Positions 1 through 10,717 are shown, numbered from the stretch's first letter. The stretch is DNA of 64,000 nt from a bacterium (GCA_963662285.2 CAXXMV010000008.1:384001-448000); one strand, 5' to 3'. A program made the numbers and translations. The notes: a model not told the origin generated them from the letters alone.

Positions 1-1
1 A

Positions 2-472
2 AAACGCCTATTCGATGATCCAAAACTGCGCACTACCACCTTCTATTTCGCGCATTACATGCATCAGGTTGCCGATAAGGTCGGTCAACCTCAGCGCATA
101 ATAGACGACATGAAACGCTGGAAAACCATGCTGGACATGGGAACCAGCACCTGGTGGGAACAACCCGGCGCAACCCGCAGCGACTGCCATGCCTGGTCAG
201 CCACTCCGACCTACACCTTCATGCGCGTCATCCTTGGAGTGCGTGTAACCAAAGCCGGTTTCAAACGGGTAGAGATTCGTCCATACACAGCTGGTTTGCA
301 ATGGGCTAAAGGAACCGTTCCAACCCCACATGGAGATATCAAGGTGGATTGGAACAATCACGACGGCTTCAAAATGAATATAGAATTACCAGATGGCGTC
401 ACCGCCGATGTAATATTGCCCAATGGTAAAAAGGCGACCTATACTTCTGGAAAACATTCCATAGAAGAATAG
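2..472 (+). CDS. Alpha-L-rhamnosidase (GH78) C-terminal part, 5'-truncated by window edge
   Basis: Frame open from position 2 (KRLFDDPKLRTTTFYFAHYM...). Has the TTWWE-like motif (TSTWWE), RSDCHAWSATP and the C-terminal TPHGDIKVDW beta domain typical of GH78. Confidence 0.85.
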   Translation, partial: KRLFDDPKLRTTTFYFAHYMHQVADKVGQPQRIIDDMKRWKTMLDMGTSTWWEQPGATRSDCHAWSATPTYTFMRVILGVRVTKAGFKRVEIRPYTAGLQWAKGTVPTPHGDIKVDWNNHDGFKMNIELPDGVTADVILPNGKKATYTSGKHSIEE

Positions 473-499
473 AATTCTTAACAAAACCTATCCACCAAA

Positions 500-527
500 G
501 TAGGGCGCGCCCCTCATAGGCGCCCTC
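500..527 (+). repeat. GTAG-type REP (family A: GTAGGG(C/T)GCGCCCC-N-GGGCGCCC)
   Basis: GTAG tetranucleotide followed by a GC-rich hairpin. Related copies at ~2142, 16829, 23101 and in the 30896-31288 array. Confidence 0.75.
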
Positions 528-552
528 GCTTGGTCGCTAGGCTCTGGGTACT

Positions 553-656
553 GGGTGCCAAGGGCAAGACCGCAAAGCGGTCAGCCCTTGATCAAACCAC
601 CCATTATTGGGAGAAGGATGAGATAAAATTAATTAACTTAATGACATTGCCCTTGA
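553..656 (+). repeat. REP/MITE-like family B hairpin (GGGTGCCAAGGGCA...GCCCTTGATCAA), long-loop subtype
   Basis: Near-identical to 2179-2226 and 17773-17865. Similarity with the 17773 copy extends to TTAATGACATTGCC-TTGA. Confidence 0.75.
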
Positions 657-717
657 GGCTATAACCTTCGATTCCAAAATCCCATCAGAATTTCCAATTA
701 ATAGGAGAGAAAATATC

Positions 718-2133
718 ATGATCTCTTACCGAATTAAGAACATAAAACTCAAAGCAATCTTAATCACCCTAGCCTGTATATTCACCGCTTTTTCTCATGC
801 GGCTGAACCGATCAAACTTCATCCCGATAATCCTCATTATTTCTTATTCCGGGGAAAACCGACCATACTGATAACATCAGCGGAACATTACGGCGCAGTG
901 TTGAATCTTGATTTCGATTACATCCCATACCTGGACGCCCTGCAAGAAACCGGTATGAACCTGACCCGCACCTTCTCCGGCGTATATTGCGAAAAGCCCG
1001 GAGAATTCAAGATCGAAAAAAACACCCTGGCGCCAGCTGATGGCCGCCTTATCGCACCCTGGGCCAGAAGTTCAAAACCGGGCTACCAACGAGGCGGAAA
1101 CAAGTTTGACCTGACCAAATGGGACAATGCCTATTTCAAACGCCTCAAAGATTTCATCAAACAGGCCGGTAAACGAGGCGTGGTGGTTGAACTGGTCTTC
1201 TTCTGCCCCAATTACAATGACGGTCTCTGGATGCTTAGCCCCACCAACGCCATCAATAACATCAACGGTTATAGCAAGGTTTCAAGCAAGGAAGTTTATA
1301 CTCTTAAAGATGAGCAACTTACCAAGGCGCAAGATGCTATGGTGCGTAAGATTGTATCGGAATTAGAAGGCTTCGATAACCTCTATTATGAAATCTGTAA
1401 TGAGCCTTATTTCGGCGGCGTAACCCTGGAATGGCAAAAGCATATAGCACAAGTCATAACTGATACTGAATCCGGTTTCAAAAACAAACACTTAATTGCC
1501 CAGAATATCGCCAATGGCAGTAAAGTAATTGAAAATCCTGATCCCAATGTTTCAATCTTTAATTACCACTACGCCTATCCACCCAATGCCGTTGCACAGA
1601 ATTTTAATCTCAATCGCGTTATCGGATATGACGAATCAGGCTTCAAAGGCAGTGGAGACACCAAGTACCGGGGAGACGCCTGGGCTTTCATTCTCGCTGG
1701 AGGCGGTGAATTCAACAATCTGGATTATTCATTCACCACCGAATGCGAAAACGGAACCGCCAGCCAAAACGCTCCCGGAGGCGGGAGCCAGGCCTTGCGG
1801 GCGCAACTCAAGATACTGCAAGACTTTATGCAAAGTTTTAATTTCATACGCATGAATCCGGCGCCTTCAATCATTACAAACATCAAAGGAGAAGGCAAAT
1901 CCAAAGCCTGGGCATTAGCGCGTGAAGGAAAAGAATACGCCCTTTATATCCAAAAAGGCCCCAAAGCGCAATTAAGTCTCAAAATCCCTAAAGGCGAATA
2001 CAGAGCTGAATGGATCAATACCATCACCGGAAAGATCGATCATTCAGTGTCTATTATCCATACCGGCGGTGATTTATTGCTGGAATCACCTGATTTCACA
2101 GATGATATAGCCTTACGCATCAAGCAAAAATAG
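718..2133 (+). CDS. Secreted GH5-like/DUF4038-like TIM-barrel glycoside hydrolase with C-terminal putative collagen-binding-type beta domain
   Basis: Signal peptide, HPDNPHYF start, EICNEP acid/base motif, YDES, C-terminal YRAEWINT...D-AL-I. Confidence 0.65.
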   Translation: MISYRIKNIKLKAILITLACIFTAFSHAAEPIKLHPDNPHYFLFRGKPTILITSAEHYGAVLNLDFDYIPYLDALQETGMNLTRTFSGVYCEKPGEFKIEKNTLAPADGRLIAPWARSSKPGYQRGGNKFDLTKWDNAYFKRLKDFIKQAGKRGVVVELVFFCPNYNDGLWMLSPTNAINNINGYSKVSSKEVYTLKDEQLTKAQDAMVRKIVSELEGFDNLYYEICNEPYFGGVTLEWQKHIAQVITDTESGFKNKHLIAQNIANGSKVIENPDPNVSIFNYHYAYPPNAVAQNFNLNRVIGYDESGFKGSGDTKYRGDAWAFILAGGGEFNNLDYSFTTECENGTASQNAPGGGSQALRAQLKILQDFMQSFNFIRMNPAPSIITNIKGEGKSKAWALAREGKEYALYIQKGPKAQLSLKIPKGEYRAEWINTITGKIDHSVSIIHTGGDLLLESPDFTDDIALRIKQK

Positions 2134-2141
2134 CATAAAAC

Positions 2142-2226
2142 CGTCGGGCGCGCCCCTTGTGGGCGCCCGGATTATGCTGGGCGCCAAGGGCAGACCGCAA
2201 TGCGGTCAGCCCTTGATCAAACCACC
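2142..2226 (+). repeat. Adjacent family A and family B REP hairpins
   Basis: Same A-then-B arrangement as at 500-600. Confidence 0.7.
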
Positions 2227-2374
2227 AACGATAGGATGAAATACGTTTGGTTAACTATCCAATACGATTTCGCAAGGCAATCAACATCAAAAACATTTCC
2301 GATTCACGAATCTGTTATATATAATATTATGAGATAAGATCATAACATCTGAAAAAAAATTAGGAGATATAAAT

Positions 2375-2956
2375 ATGCTACGACAATTATCAAGAACATC
2401 TTGGCTTACAGGCTTTGCAGTATTAATGCTTTTCGGTTTTACCTTCCTGTCAAATGCAGCCCAAAAAAAGCATCCTATGCAATCTGCGCTCGGTAAAAAA
2501 GCGCCGCCAGTTGCTGGAGTTACTCTGGATGCTAAAAAACTGGATATCAAATCATTCAAAGGCAAAGTGGTTCTAATCGATTTCTGGGCCACCTGGTGCC
2601 CTCCATGCCGCAAAGAAATTCCACACCTGCAGGAAGCCTACAAAAAATTGCATGATAAAGGTTTGGAAATTATCAGTATAAATGGCGGTGAAAAACCTGA
2701 AACAATCAAAGAATTTATCAAACAAGATAAATTCCAAATGCCTTGGAATCATATCCTCGAAAAAGGAAAACTGTCCGCTCAATACAAAGTTCAATACATT
2801 CCTTCACCTTTCCTGATAGATCATAATGGAATCCTGGTATCAATCTCAGCAAACAATGAACTTCGGGGAGAAACCCTTATAAACACTTTGGAAAAATATG
2901 TCGCTAAAATCCCCAAAAAGGAAGAAAAAGCCGAAGCAGCAAAGAAAGCGATATAA
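2375..2956 (+). CDS. TlpA/ResA-family thiol-disulfide oxidoreductase
   Basis: DFWATWCPPC active site, YIPSPFLID cis-Pro region, N-terminal signal/anchor. Confidence 0.9.
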   Translation: MLRQLSRTSWLTGFAVLMLFGFTFLSNAAQKKHPMQSALGKKAPPVAGVTLDAKKLDIKSFKGKVVLIDFWATWCPPCRKEIPHLQEAYKKLHDKGLEIISINGGEKPETIKEFIKQDKFQMPWNHILEKGKLSAQYKVQYIPSPFLIDHNGILVSISANNELRGETLINTLEKYVAKIPKKEEKAEAAKKAI

Positions 2957-2974
2957 CGGAATTAGTACTATTGT

Positions 2975-3009
2975 TCCCTCTCCCTCCGGGAGAGGGCTAG
3001 GGTGAGGGG
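2975..3009. repeat. Family C palindromic repeat (CCCTCTCCC-N-GGGAGAGGG-CTAGGGTGAGGG)
   Basis: Related copies at ~26326, 27842, 27941, 28170, 32582, 53264, 55758. Confidence 0.7.
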
Positions 3010-3127
3010 TAATCTAAAAAACCCTATTTCACACAACAAAAGGCTTATATAATGCAGGGGGATTATCTCCCTGCATTTTTATTTATTTTTTTATATATAT
3101 GTAAGTAATTCAACAAGTTGAGGGAAT

Positions 3128-3565
3128 ATGTCGGGTTATAAAGGTCACATCGCCGGATCGCTGCTCTTCTGCGGGATACTTTATCTATTTCCATTTTGGA
3201 ATCCATTACCATGGACCGGTAAAGGCGTCTGCATCGCGTTAGCCCTATTTTTCGGATTATGGCCGGATGTGGATACCAAAAGCAAAGGACAATATATCTT
3301 CCTGCTCTGCGTCTTGATCGTCGATGCGGTTTTGATTTACCGGGAAGATTACAAACGGGCGGCCTACCTGGGATTGCTGATAATCCTGCCAATCATGGCA
3401 AGACATCGCGGCTGGACTCATAGCGTCATAGCCATGCTTCTGATACCCGGAGGATTATACCTGGCGGCAATACATTATTATAACGGCGCACCATACGACC
3501 TGCTGCCCTACTTCCTAGCCGCACTATTCGGATACGCCAGCCATTTGATCCTTGATCGATTTTAG
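3128..3565 (+). CDS. Inner-membrane metal-dependent hydrolase (YdjM/DUF457-like)
   Basis: GH, PDVD, HRGWTHS and SHLILD motifs with transmembrane helices. Confidence 0.85.
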   Translation: MSGYKGHIAGSLLFCGILYLFPFWNPLPWTGKGVCIALALFFGLWPDVDTKSKGQYIFLLCVLIVDAVLIYREDYKRAAYLGLLIILPIMARHRGWTHSVIAMLLIPGGLYLAAIHYYNGAPYDLLPYFLAALFGYASHLILDRF

Positions 3566-3586
3566 AGTTTACGATTATGCGTGTTT

Positions 3587-3850
3587 CTAAAAGGCTGGCT
3601 TCGCCTTGGCGCCCTCATCCATTCTGCTTAGTTCATGCAAAAACTCCGGTGCAAAATCAGCGCCATTACTCCATGATAAGGTGTGACCGTCAAGAGTAAA
3701 AGACTTAAAAAATGAAACATCTTTCAACGGCTCAAATATTTCACCATATAATTCAGATTCCAAATCTACCTCACCCTGCGTCCCATCATTAAAAGACAGC
3801 CATATTTTATAATCCCTTATATATTCCGCCTGCTCAACATGGATAAGCAT
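3587..3850 (-). CDS. DUF2442-domain protein (putative TA partner)
   Basis: F-DG-G-VDL and LSWSNGADFAPEFL motifs; immediately downstream of DUF4160 gene. Confidence 0.85.
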   Translation of the reverse strand: MLIHVEQAEYIRDYKIWLSFNDGTQGEVDLESELYGEIFEPLKDVSFFKSFTLDGHTLSWSNGADFAPEFLHELSRMDEGAKAKPAF

Positions 3851-3855
3851 AATAA

Positions 3856-4113
3856 CTACTCCAATGGTTCAATTTTGGATAATGGCTTCCTATTCATAGC
3901 CGCTTCCCAGTTGGTCATGAGTTCATTTTGATGTAACACATACCACTCAAGGACAGCATTCAACGCTCTTCTTGGAAATTTACCTGCTACTACACCAGTT
4001 TCAATATCTACGGTGATTTCGTATTCTCCATACTCAGCGTGAAAATGCGCCGGATGATGTTCACGAAAGTACATTCTAATCACTATCCCAAGAAAACGGC
4101 TTATCTCAGGCAT
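3856..4113 (-). CDS. DUF4160-domain protein (putative TA partner)
   Basis: MPEISRFLGIVIRMY..EHHPAHFHAEYG signature; start moved to the ATG at 4113. Confidence 0.85.
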   Translation of the reverse strand: MPEISRFLGIVIRMYFREHHPAHFHAEYGEYEITVDIETGVVAGKFPRRALNAVLEWYVLHQNELMTNWEAAMNRKPLSKIEPLE

Positions 4114-4268
4114 ATATTTTATCCTGTTTATTATTAACAACGTTTAAGTAGTAGATTTGTATTGTTAACCGTATATCGGGTTACTTAGAAAATATTAAGT
4201 ACAAACAGTATGACCTCGTCAAGCGAAAATTTCAATTTTTTGCAAATTATTTATTTCAAGCGGTTAAC

Positions 4269-4312
4269 AAAAAAAAGCGGGCGCAACGCCTAAACGCCAT
4301 GCCCGCTTTTTG
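4269..4312. terminator. Intrinsic terminator ending the etf operon (minus strand, possibly bidirectional)
   Basis: AAAAAGCGGGC...GCCCGCTTTTT stem with A/T tracts on both sides. Confidence 0.75.
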
Positions 4313-4330
4313 TTGGTTGTATGATGAGGA

Positions 4331-6355
4331 TTATTCCGGGTGATCCATCGCCTCATATACGATCTCAGCGATGTCTTTTACTTTCACCTTATCCTCGACA
4401 TTTTCATCTTTCACGCCGTCTTCAAACATGGTCATGCAGAAGGGGCATGAAACTGCGATAGTGGTTGGATTGGTCTTTAAGGCTTCCTTGGTTCGTTCTA
4501 AATGAATCCGGTTGCCTTCCAGTTCTTCCAGCCACATGCGGCCGCCTCCTGCTCCACAGCAGAAGCTCTTGTCGTGGTTGCGTTCCATCTCCATGGGAGC
4601 GCATCCTGAAGCGCAGTTCAATATATTACGCGGCGCTTCATATATTTCGTTATAGCGCCCCAGGTAGCATGAATCGTGGACTACGATTCTGCCGTTAACT
4701 TTATTGGTCAACTTAATCTTACCTTGTTGAATAAATTGGTTGATCAATTCGGTATGATGAAATACCTCATAATTGGTGCAGTATTGAGCGTAATCGTTCT
4801 TCAAAGTGTTGTATCCATGCGGACAACAGGTGACGATGCGTTTGATGTTATATTTGTTGAATAACTCAATATTATCTACAGCGAGATTCTCGAATAGATA
4901 CTCGTTGCCCAAACGGCGCAATGAGTCTCCGCAACACTTTTCTTCTTTGCCCAATATGCCCCACGTCACTCCAGATGCATTGAGGATATGGGTCATGGCG
5001 GTGACGATGCTTTTGGCGCGTGAATCATAAGAACCTGAACATCCTACATAGAACAGATATTCAACCTCTTTGCCTTGCTCTACCAAATCCTGAACCAGTG
5101 GAACATCCAAATCCTGAGTCCATTTGGTACGGTCGGTCGGCGCCACGCCCCAGGGATTGAAGCGCTGCTCGCTATTTTCAAAGAAAGTCAACATTTCATC
5201 CGGGAACTTGGCTTGCTCCATCACCAGACTGCGGCGCATTTCAATAATCTTGGGCACATGCTCGATAAAGACGGGACATTCAGCCATACAGGCCCCGCAT
5301 GTCGTACAGGCCCACAAGGCATTCTCGGAAACGCTGTCATGCTTGCTTCCGCCAATAAGCCCAACCTTCATCTCAGCGCAAGCCGGCGCTGGCGCCAGAG
5401 TATCGAAACGACGCTTGGACATAACCTCGGCGCCATTGGCGAACAGGTTATATTTCCCCTGATGAATGATCTGCTTGGGATTCAGTTCCTTCTCAGTCAC
5501 TTGCGCCGGACAGGCCGCCTGACAACGGCCGCACTCGGTGCAGGCCATGAAATCCAGCAGGTCTTTCCAGGTGAACTGAGTAATTTTGGAATGACCGAAA
5601 CTCTCGCCCCGTTCAAAAACCAGACGGGGAACCGTCTTCACGAAGGAGAAGGAACGGAAAAAGCAGTTGGGAATAGCAGTTAAAACATGCAAGTGCTTGC
5701 TGTAAGGCAGGTAATTCATAAATACCAGCAGCACGATAGCATGAATCCACCAGCAGAGTTGCGTCACGAAATGCGCGGCGCCATCAGACATGCCTGAGTA
5801 TAAAACCGCGACAACTCCCGAAACCGGCATCCATGACGCCCATTCGGTTGCGCCCAGCCGGATCTCACCGGCGTGGTAACCGAAATAAGCGATCATCAAA
5901 GCTGCGATCATGCCTAAAATAAAATAAGCGTCAAAAGTTGGGTCGATATGAGCCGGACGGAAAAAAGTCCGCCGCACCACCGCCACAATAACGCTGATCA
6001 CAACCACCAGCGACATGATTCCCGTCATGGTCAAAAGGACGCCATAGGGAATATGTCCGATGAAAGAGAAAGAGAACTGGGGGAAAACTCCACCAATCAA
6101 AAATTCAGTATTCATCAACAGCAACGTAAGGAATCCCCAGAATATCAGGGAATGATTAACGCCATACGCTGTCTTCATTACGCGTAACTGCCCGAAAGCG
6201 AAAGCGGCCATATTGGCGAACCGGTCGGTTAATCTATCAAACCGGTTTTCAAAACGGCCCAGGCACAATAATGCGAACAGGCGGTATAAATTATATGCAA
6301 AAAACCCGAACGCAAAAAGAAATATTACTATATAGATGATTCGTCCCGCATCCAT
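4331..6355 (-). CDS. Membrane-bound Fe-S oxidoreductase (FadF/HdrF-like, ETF:quinone oxidoreductase type)
   Basis: N-terminal multi-TM region with SKHLH, two CxxCxxCxxxCP motifs, two CCG domains (EKCCGD, SFCCGAGGG). Start moved to ATG 6355 after a GGGAGA RBS. Confidence 0.88.
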   Translation of the reverse strand: MDAGRIIYIVIFLFAFGFFAYNLYRLFALLCLGRFENRFDRLTDRFANMAAFAFGQLRVMKTAYGVNHSLIFWGFLTLLLMNTEFLIGGVFPQFSFSFIGHIPYGVLLTMTGIMSLVVVISVIVAVVRRTFFRPAHIDPTFDAYFILGMIAALMIAYFGYHAGEIRLGATEWASWMPVSGVVAVLYSGMSDGAAHFVTQLCWWIHAIVLLVFMNYLPYSKHLHVLTAIPNCFFRSFSFVKTVPRLVFERGESFGHSKITQFTWKDLLDFMACTECGRCQAACPAQVTEKELNPKQIIHQGKYNLFANGAEVMSKRRFDTLAPAPACAEMKVGLIGGSKHDSVSENALWACTTCGACMAECPVFIEHVPKIIEMRRSLVMEQAKFPDEMLTFFENSEQRFNPWGVAPTDRTKWTQDLDVPLVQDLVEQGKEVEYLFYVGCSGSYDSRAKSIVTAMTHILNASGVTWGILGKEEKCCGDSLRRLGNEYLFENLAVDNIELFNKYNIKRIVTCCPHGYNTLKNDYAQYCTNYEVFHHTELINQFIQQGKIKLTNKVNGRIVVHDSCYLGRYNEIYEAPRNILNCASGCAPMEMERNHDKSFCCGAGGGRMWLEELEGNRIHLERTKEALKTNPTTIAVSCPFCMTMFEDGVKDENVEDKVKVKDIAEIVYEAMDHPE

Positions 6356-6371
6356 ACTTGATATCTCCCCA

Positions 6372-7688
6372 TTATACGGCGACATTGGCGCCGGCTGATT
6401 GTTTAATCTGTTTTACTTGTTCAATCACCGCTGGAACGATTTCAAATAAATCGCCAACAATGCCCAAATGAGCCACATCGAAAATGGGGGCATTCTTATC
6501 CTTATTGATCGCGATGATGTATTCGGATGATTGCATACCTACCAGATGCTGAATGGCGCCGGATATACCACAGGCAATGTATAACTTGGGCGAAACAGTT
6601 TTACCTGTTTGACCTACCTGATGCTCATGCGGCATCCAACCAGCGTCAACCGCGCTGCGGGAACTTCCAACTTCTGCGCCCAGCAGTTCGGCCAACTCCC
6701 GAATCATAGAGAAATTCTCCGAACCCATCATGCCGCGCCCGCCGCTGACAATGATTTTCGCACCCGAAAGATTGACCTTATGATCTGATTTCAAGGGAAC
6801 GATTTCCAGAATTTTAGTAGTGATTAAATCCTCATTTAAGTCGAGTGGTTCTTTTATCACTTCACCGGATTTGTTTGGATCGAACTCCGGCTTACTCATG
6901 ACATGGGGGCGAACCGTCGACATCTGAGGGCGTTTTTTATCACAGAGAATAGTGGCCATGATGTTGCCGCCGAAAGCCGGTCGGGTCTGCTCTAACAATC
7001 GATCTTCAAGACTTATCGAAAGACCGGTGCAGTCAGCGGTTAAACCAGTTCCGAGATGAGTGGCCACAGCGCCAGCTAAATCTCTTCCCTGTCCTGTAGC
7101 GCCTACCAGTACAACTTCAGGTTTATATTTACTTATGACATGAAGGCAGCCTTTAAGGTAAGATTGGGTTCGGTAATATTTCAATACAGGATCATCGACT
7201 ACATAAACCTTGTCTGCGCCATATCCGAATGACTTTTTAACCAGTTCATCAACATTTTCACCCAGTACCAGGGCGGCCAGTTCTACTTGCAGGTCATTGG
7301 CCAGTTTACGCCCTTCACCAAGCAGTTCCCACGAAACCGAATGAGCCTTGCCTTCATGATGCTCAAGAATCACCCATACGCCTTGCCAATCACTAAGGAC
7401 TTTTTGTTGTATCTTAGGGGCGGAGATAACTTCGTCTTTACTATATTCTTCCAGGATTTTTTGTTCATCCGGCGTAAAGAACATCTCTATAGCCTGTGTG
7501 GGACAGGCTTTTACGCATTTGCGGCATCCATTGCATGAATCAATAGCAATTACCGGTTCGCCATTATCGTTTAATTCAATAGCGCCAGTAGCGCATGACG
7601 CCACACATGTATCGCCGCAGGCGATGCACTTACCTTCAATATATCGAGCTTTCCCTCGAGGTTTTCTTGGCCGTTTAGGTTCTGCCAT
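6372..7688 (-). CDS. etfA: Electron transfer flavoprotein alpha subunit with N-terminal 2x[4Fe-4S] ferredoxin domain
   Basis: GLTADCT, RPAFGGN, QVGQTGK, GISGAIQH motifs; N-terminal CIACGDTC..C and CNGCRKC..CP. Confidence 0.93.
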   Translation of the reverse strand: MAEPKRPRKPRGKARYIEGKCIACGDTCVASCATGAIELNDNGEPVIAIDSCNGCRKCVKACPTQAIEMFFTPDEQKILEEYSKDEVISAPKIQQKVLSDWQGVWVILEHHEGKAHSVSWELLGEGRKLANDLQVELAALVLGENVDELVKKSFGYGADKVYVVDDPVLKYYRTQSYLKGCLHVISKYKPEVVLVGATGQGRDLAGAVATHLGTGLTADCTGLSISLEDRLLEQTRPAFGGNIMATILCDKKRPQMSTVRPHVMSKPEFDPNKSGEVIKEPLDLNEDLITTKILEIVPLKSDHKVNLSGAKIIVSGGRGMMGSENFSMIRELAELLGAEVGSSRSAVDAGWMPHEHQVGQTGKTVSPKLYIACGISGAIQHLVGMQSSEYIIAINKDKNAPIFDVAHLGIVGDLFEIVPAVIEQVKQIKQSAGANVAV

Positions 7689-7791
7689 ATTTCTTATACC
7701 CCGTCTTTCTTTATTCCTGTCTAATTAAAAGTTATCTTCTGAACGTAAAGCGCATTAATATAATATAATAAGTACGTCTTATTCTTTTTAT

Positions 7792-8610
7792 TTAATCCAA
7801 AGCCAGTATGTCCCATTCATTCAATTTGCTGATCATGGTTGTTACTGCTTCGTCTTTTTTATCGCCTTCACCATTTATAATCTCGCCTTTTTCACGCTGA
7901 GGCGCGAAGATTTTTCTAACCTGGGTTGGCGAACCATTAAGACCAATCTCTTTCTTATCCAATTTCATGATGTCATTAGACCAGATGGGCAGCATTGTCG
8001 CTTCTGCATCCAATCTGGCTGGCACGGTTGGATATCTCAGGTTATTGATCTCACGCACCACTGTGATTAATGCAGGCAAATGAGCTTTGACGATCTCATA
8101 GCGTCCCTCAAGTTTTCTTCTTACTGTTATGGATTGTTTTTCAGCATCAATATCCTGAATCTGATCCACCAAAGTAAGTTGCGAATAATCAAGACGACAT
8201 GCGATGCCCGGACCAACCTGAGCGGTATCCCCATCAATGGTCTGCATTCCACAGAACACCAGATCAACTGGATATTTATCCTCACTCAGTTTCTTGATAG
8301 CTTCAGCCAACACTTTACTGGTGGCCAGCGTATCAGCGCCGCCGAATACTCTATCGCTTAATAAGACGGCATTATCAGCGCCCAGCGACAACGCCCGGCG
8401 CAGCACTTTTTCCGCAGTCGGCGGCCCCATTGAAATGGCTGTCACATAACAACCATATTTATCTTTCAATCTGAGCGCCTCTTCCAAAGCATGGGTGTCA
8501 AACGGATTCGTAATAAATGGAATCCCTTCCCTCACCAAGGTATTGGTTTCCGGATCGATCTTTACCAGCGTCGTATCCGGCACCATTTTCACACAAGCTA
8601 CTATATGCAT
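7792..8610 (-). CDS. etfB: Electron transfer flavoprotein beta subunit
   Basis: IVACVKMVPD, NPFD, GADTLAT, DGDTAQVG, GSPT motifs; start at ATG 8610. Confidence 0.93.
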   Translation of the reverse strand: MHIVACVKMVPDTTLVKIDPETNTLVREGIPFITNPFDTHALEEALRLKDKYGCYVTAISMGPPTAEKVLRRALSLGADNAVLLSDRVFGGADTLATSKVLAEAIKKLSEDKYPVDLVFCGMQTIDGDTAQVGPGIACRLDYSQLTLVDQIQDIDAEKQSITVRRKLEGRYEIVKAHLPALITVVREINNLRYPTVPARLDAEATMLPIWSNDIMKLDKKEIGLNGSPTQVRKIFAPQREKGEIINGEGDKKDEAVTTMISKLNEWDILALD

Positions 8611-9640
8611 CCGACTTCTCCTTACTCGGATTTCCGACATTCAAGCAGATAACCCGTAATCTAGAGCGATTGTCAAAAATATGTTCGTTTATTATCACGT
8701 TTGAACTTCGTAGAAACCAATCTTTTTTGGCTGTTACGAATATCCAATCAGAACATTATTATGACAATTACTCAAAAAAATATTATAGACGCAATTGTTA
8801 TCCACAGAAATCACATCAGTTCTCTTCAGTTCTGAAAGTGAAATATCGACATTATTTGATATTGCGGAATAGGCGCAAAAGATAACGCCGTTATCTCGAT
8901 GATTAGAAGCAGTACTATTTAAACCATCCAGGATTAACGTTAATGCTGCTCTTTTTATTACTTTACTTATACCAATCAGGAAGTACAAGAGATATGAGAT
9001 TCCAGGTATTAATAGAATAATAATTACTACTCACTCTCGCTGATATTAAGAAAACCAGTTGAAATATTAAAATCTAACTCTATCTTAAAGTGCATATAAT
9101 CAATATTTTATGAATTTTTTAGCATAAAAATGACTAGATGTCATTTCTTTTCAGCAAAATAACTTTCACTAATAATTCTACTATCCATACTATTAGCCCC
9201 AAGCTGTACAGAGCATGATCTGAGTATTTTATTTCATCCTTCTAACAACGTCACAATAATCATGACGAAGATATTTTTTTAACGAAGTATATTAGTTATA
9301 TTTACATTCTAATTAAAAGAATATTTCAATAATTACTACTTTATCATATTAATGGTTATATAAATACTTAACATTGATAATAATGCACAAATAATTAATC
9401 GATTCTTTAGTATTTTCTATAATAAAAATACTGATGAATAGAGCAGTTAGCAAATTTATAAAAAAAATGTTATTTTTTTATAAATTTTTCTATTTCTTAA
9501 GAGATTTCTCTGCTGAATTATTCCACGGCGGAATTTTTCAAGAAATCCAAATCTAATCCCTGGCTTATTAAGGCTTTATAAGACTTATTAAAATCCATTG
9601 CTTAGAGCATAATTATTCATCCCCATAAAGAGGTAAACTA

Positions 9641-10717
9641 ATGAGATCAATCACTACTACATTGATAGCCCTAGTCATCATATCAACAAACTTTTCTCTT
9701 GCTTTCAGCGATGTTTTTGTTTCCAAACAACGCATTGAAATCCTCAAGCATCGTATCCAGCAGAAAATAGAACCTAACTATTCGGCTTATAATGCAATGC
9801 AAAAAACAGCCGATTCCAACTTAAACCTTGATCCAAAAACACCCAAGCATTGGCACGTTCCCTATTATTACGAAGACGCCAAAGGCCATGTCGAAGCCAA
9901 GCAATCACTGAGCGACAGCGCCAACTATGCATATCAATTTGCATTATGTTATCGAATGAACGGGCAGGAGAAATACGCAAAATCAGCCATTCGAATCATG
10001 AACGCCTGGGCTACCGGCATTGAGAGCATTGGCGTCAAGGAAGATTCCACTCTATCCTTCAGTTATCATTTCCCGGCAATGATATTCGCCGCCGACCTGC
10101 TCAATGACTCACCGCTATGGCCCGAAGAAGAACGGCAAATCTTCAAAACCTTCGTGCGCCAGTCAACCATGAAACTCAATACGATGAAGAGTAAGAATAA
10201 CTGGGGAAACTGGGGATTGGTCTTAGTCATGTCATGCGCAACATATCTGGAAGATGCAGCGCTCTTTAACAAGGGAGTGCAACGCTGGAAAGAGTTTATC
10301 GAGACCCAAATCGCTGAAGATGGTCATCTGCCCCATGAAGTGAACCGCAATGAAGGACGAAGTGGAATCTGGTACTCAAATTTCTGCCTGATGCCCCAGA
10401 CCATCGCCGCTGAAATCGCCCGCGTAAATGGAGTTGATCTATATGATTACCAGGCGCCCAATGGCCGAACCTTGCGTTTAGCCTATGAAAAACTGGCTGA
10501 TTGGATTTATCAACCGGAAACTTTTCCCTATTGGAAATCTGATCCCAAACAGCTGGGAGGCGTAACATATATAAGTTATTTTGAAATTCTCAACCTTCAT
10601 TGGCCTAACGCAAAAGTGACTGAATTACTCAAAAAACACCGACCGCTAACCGCAAGCCATTCCAGCCCGGTTCTCACCTTTACTCATGGTGATTTGTTGG
10701 ACGCAGATTCTAAGTGA
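9641..10717 (+). CDS. Secreted alginate-lyase-family (PF05426-like) polysaccharide lyase
   Basis: Signal peptide, NNWGNW, QIAEDGHLPHEVNR, WYSNF, GVDLY motifs. Confidence 0.75.
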   Translation: MRSITTTLIALVIISTNFSLAFSDVFVSKQRIEILKHRIQQKIEPNYSAYNAMQKTADSNLNLDPKTPKHWHVPYYYEDAKGHVEAKQSLSDSANYAYQFALCYRMNGQEKYAKSAIRIMNAWATGIESIGVKEDSTLSFSYHFPAMIFAADLLNDSPLWPEEERQIFKTFVRQSTMKLNTMKSKNNWGNWGLVLVMSCATYLEDAALFNKGVQRWKEFIETQIAEDGHLPHEVNRNEGRSGIWYSNFCLMPQTIAAEIARVNGVDLYDYQAPNGRTLRLAYEKLADWIYQPETFPYWKSDPKQLGGVTYISYFEILNLHWPNAKVTELLKKHRPLTASHSSPVLTFTHGDLLDADSK

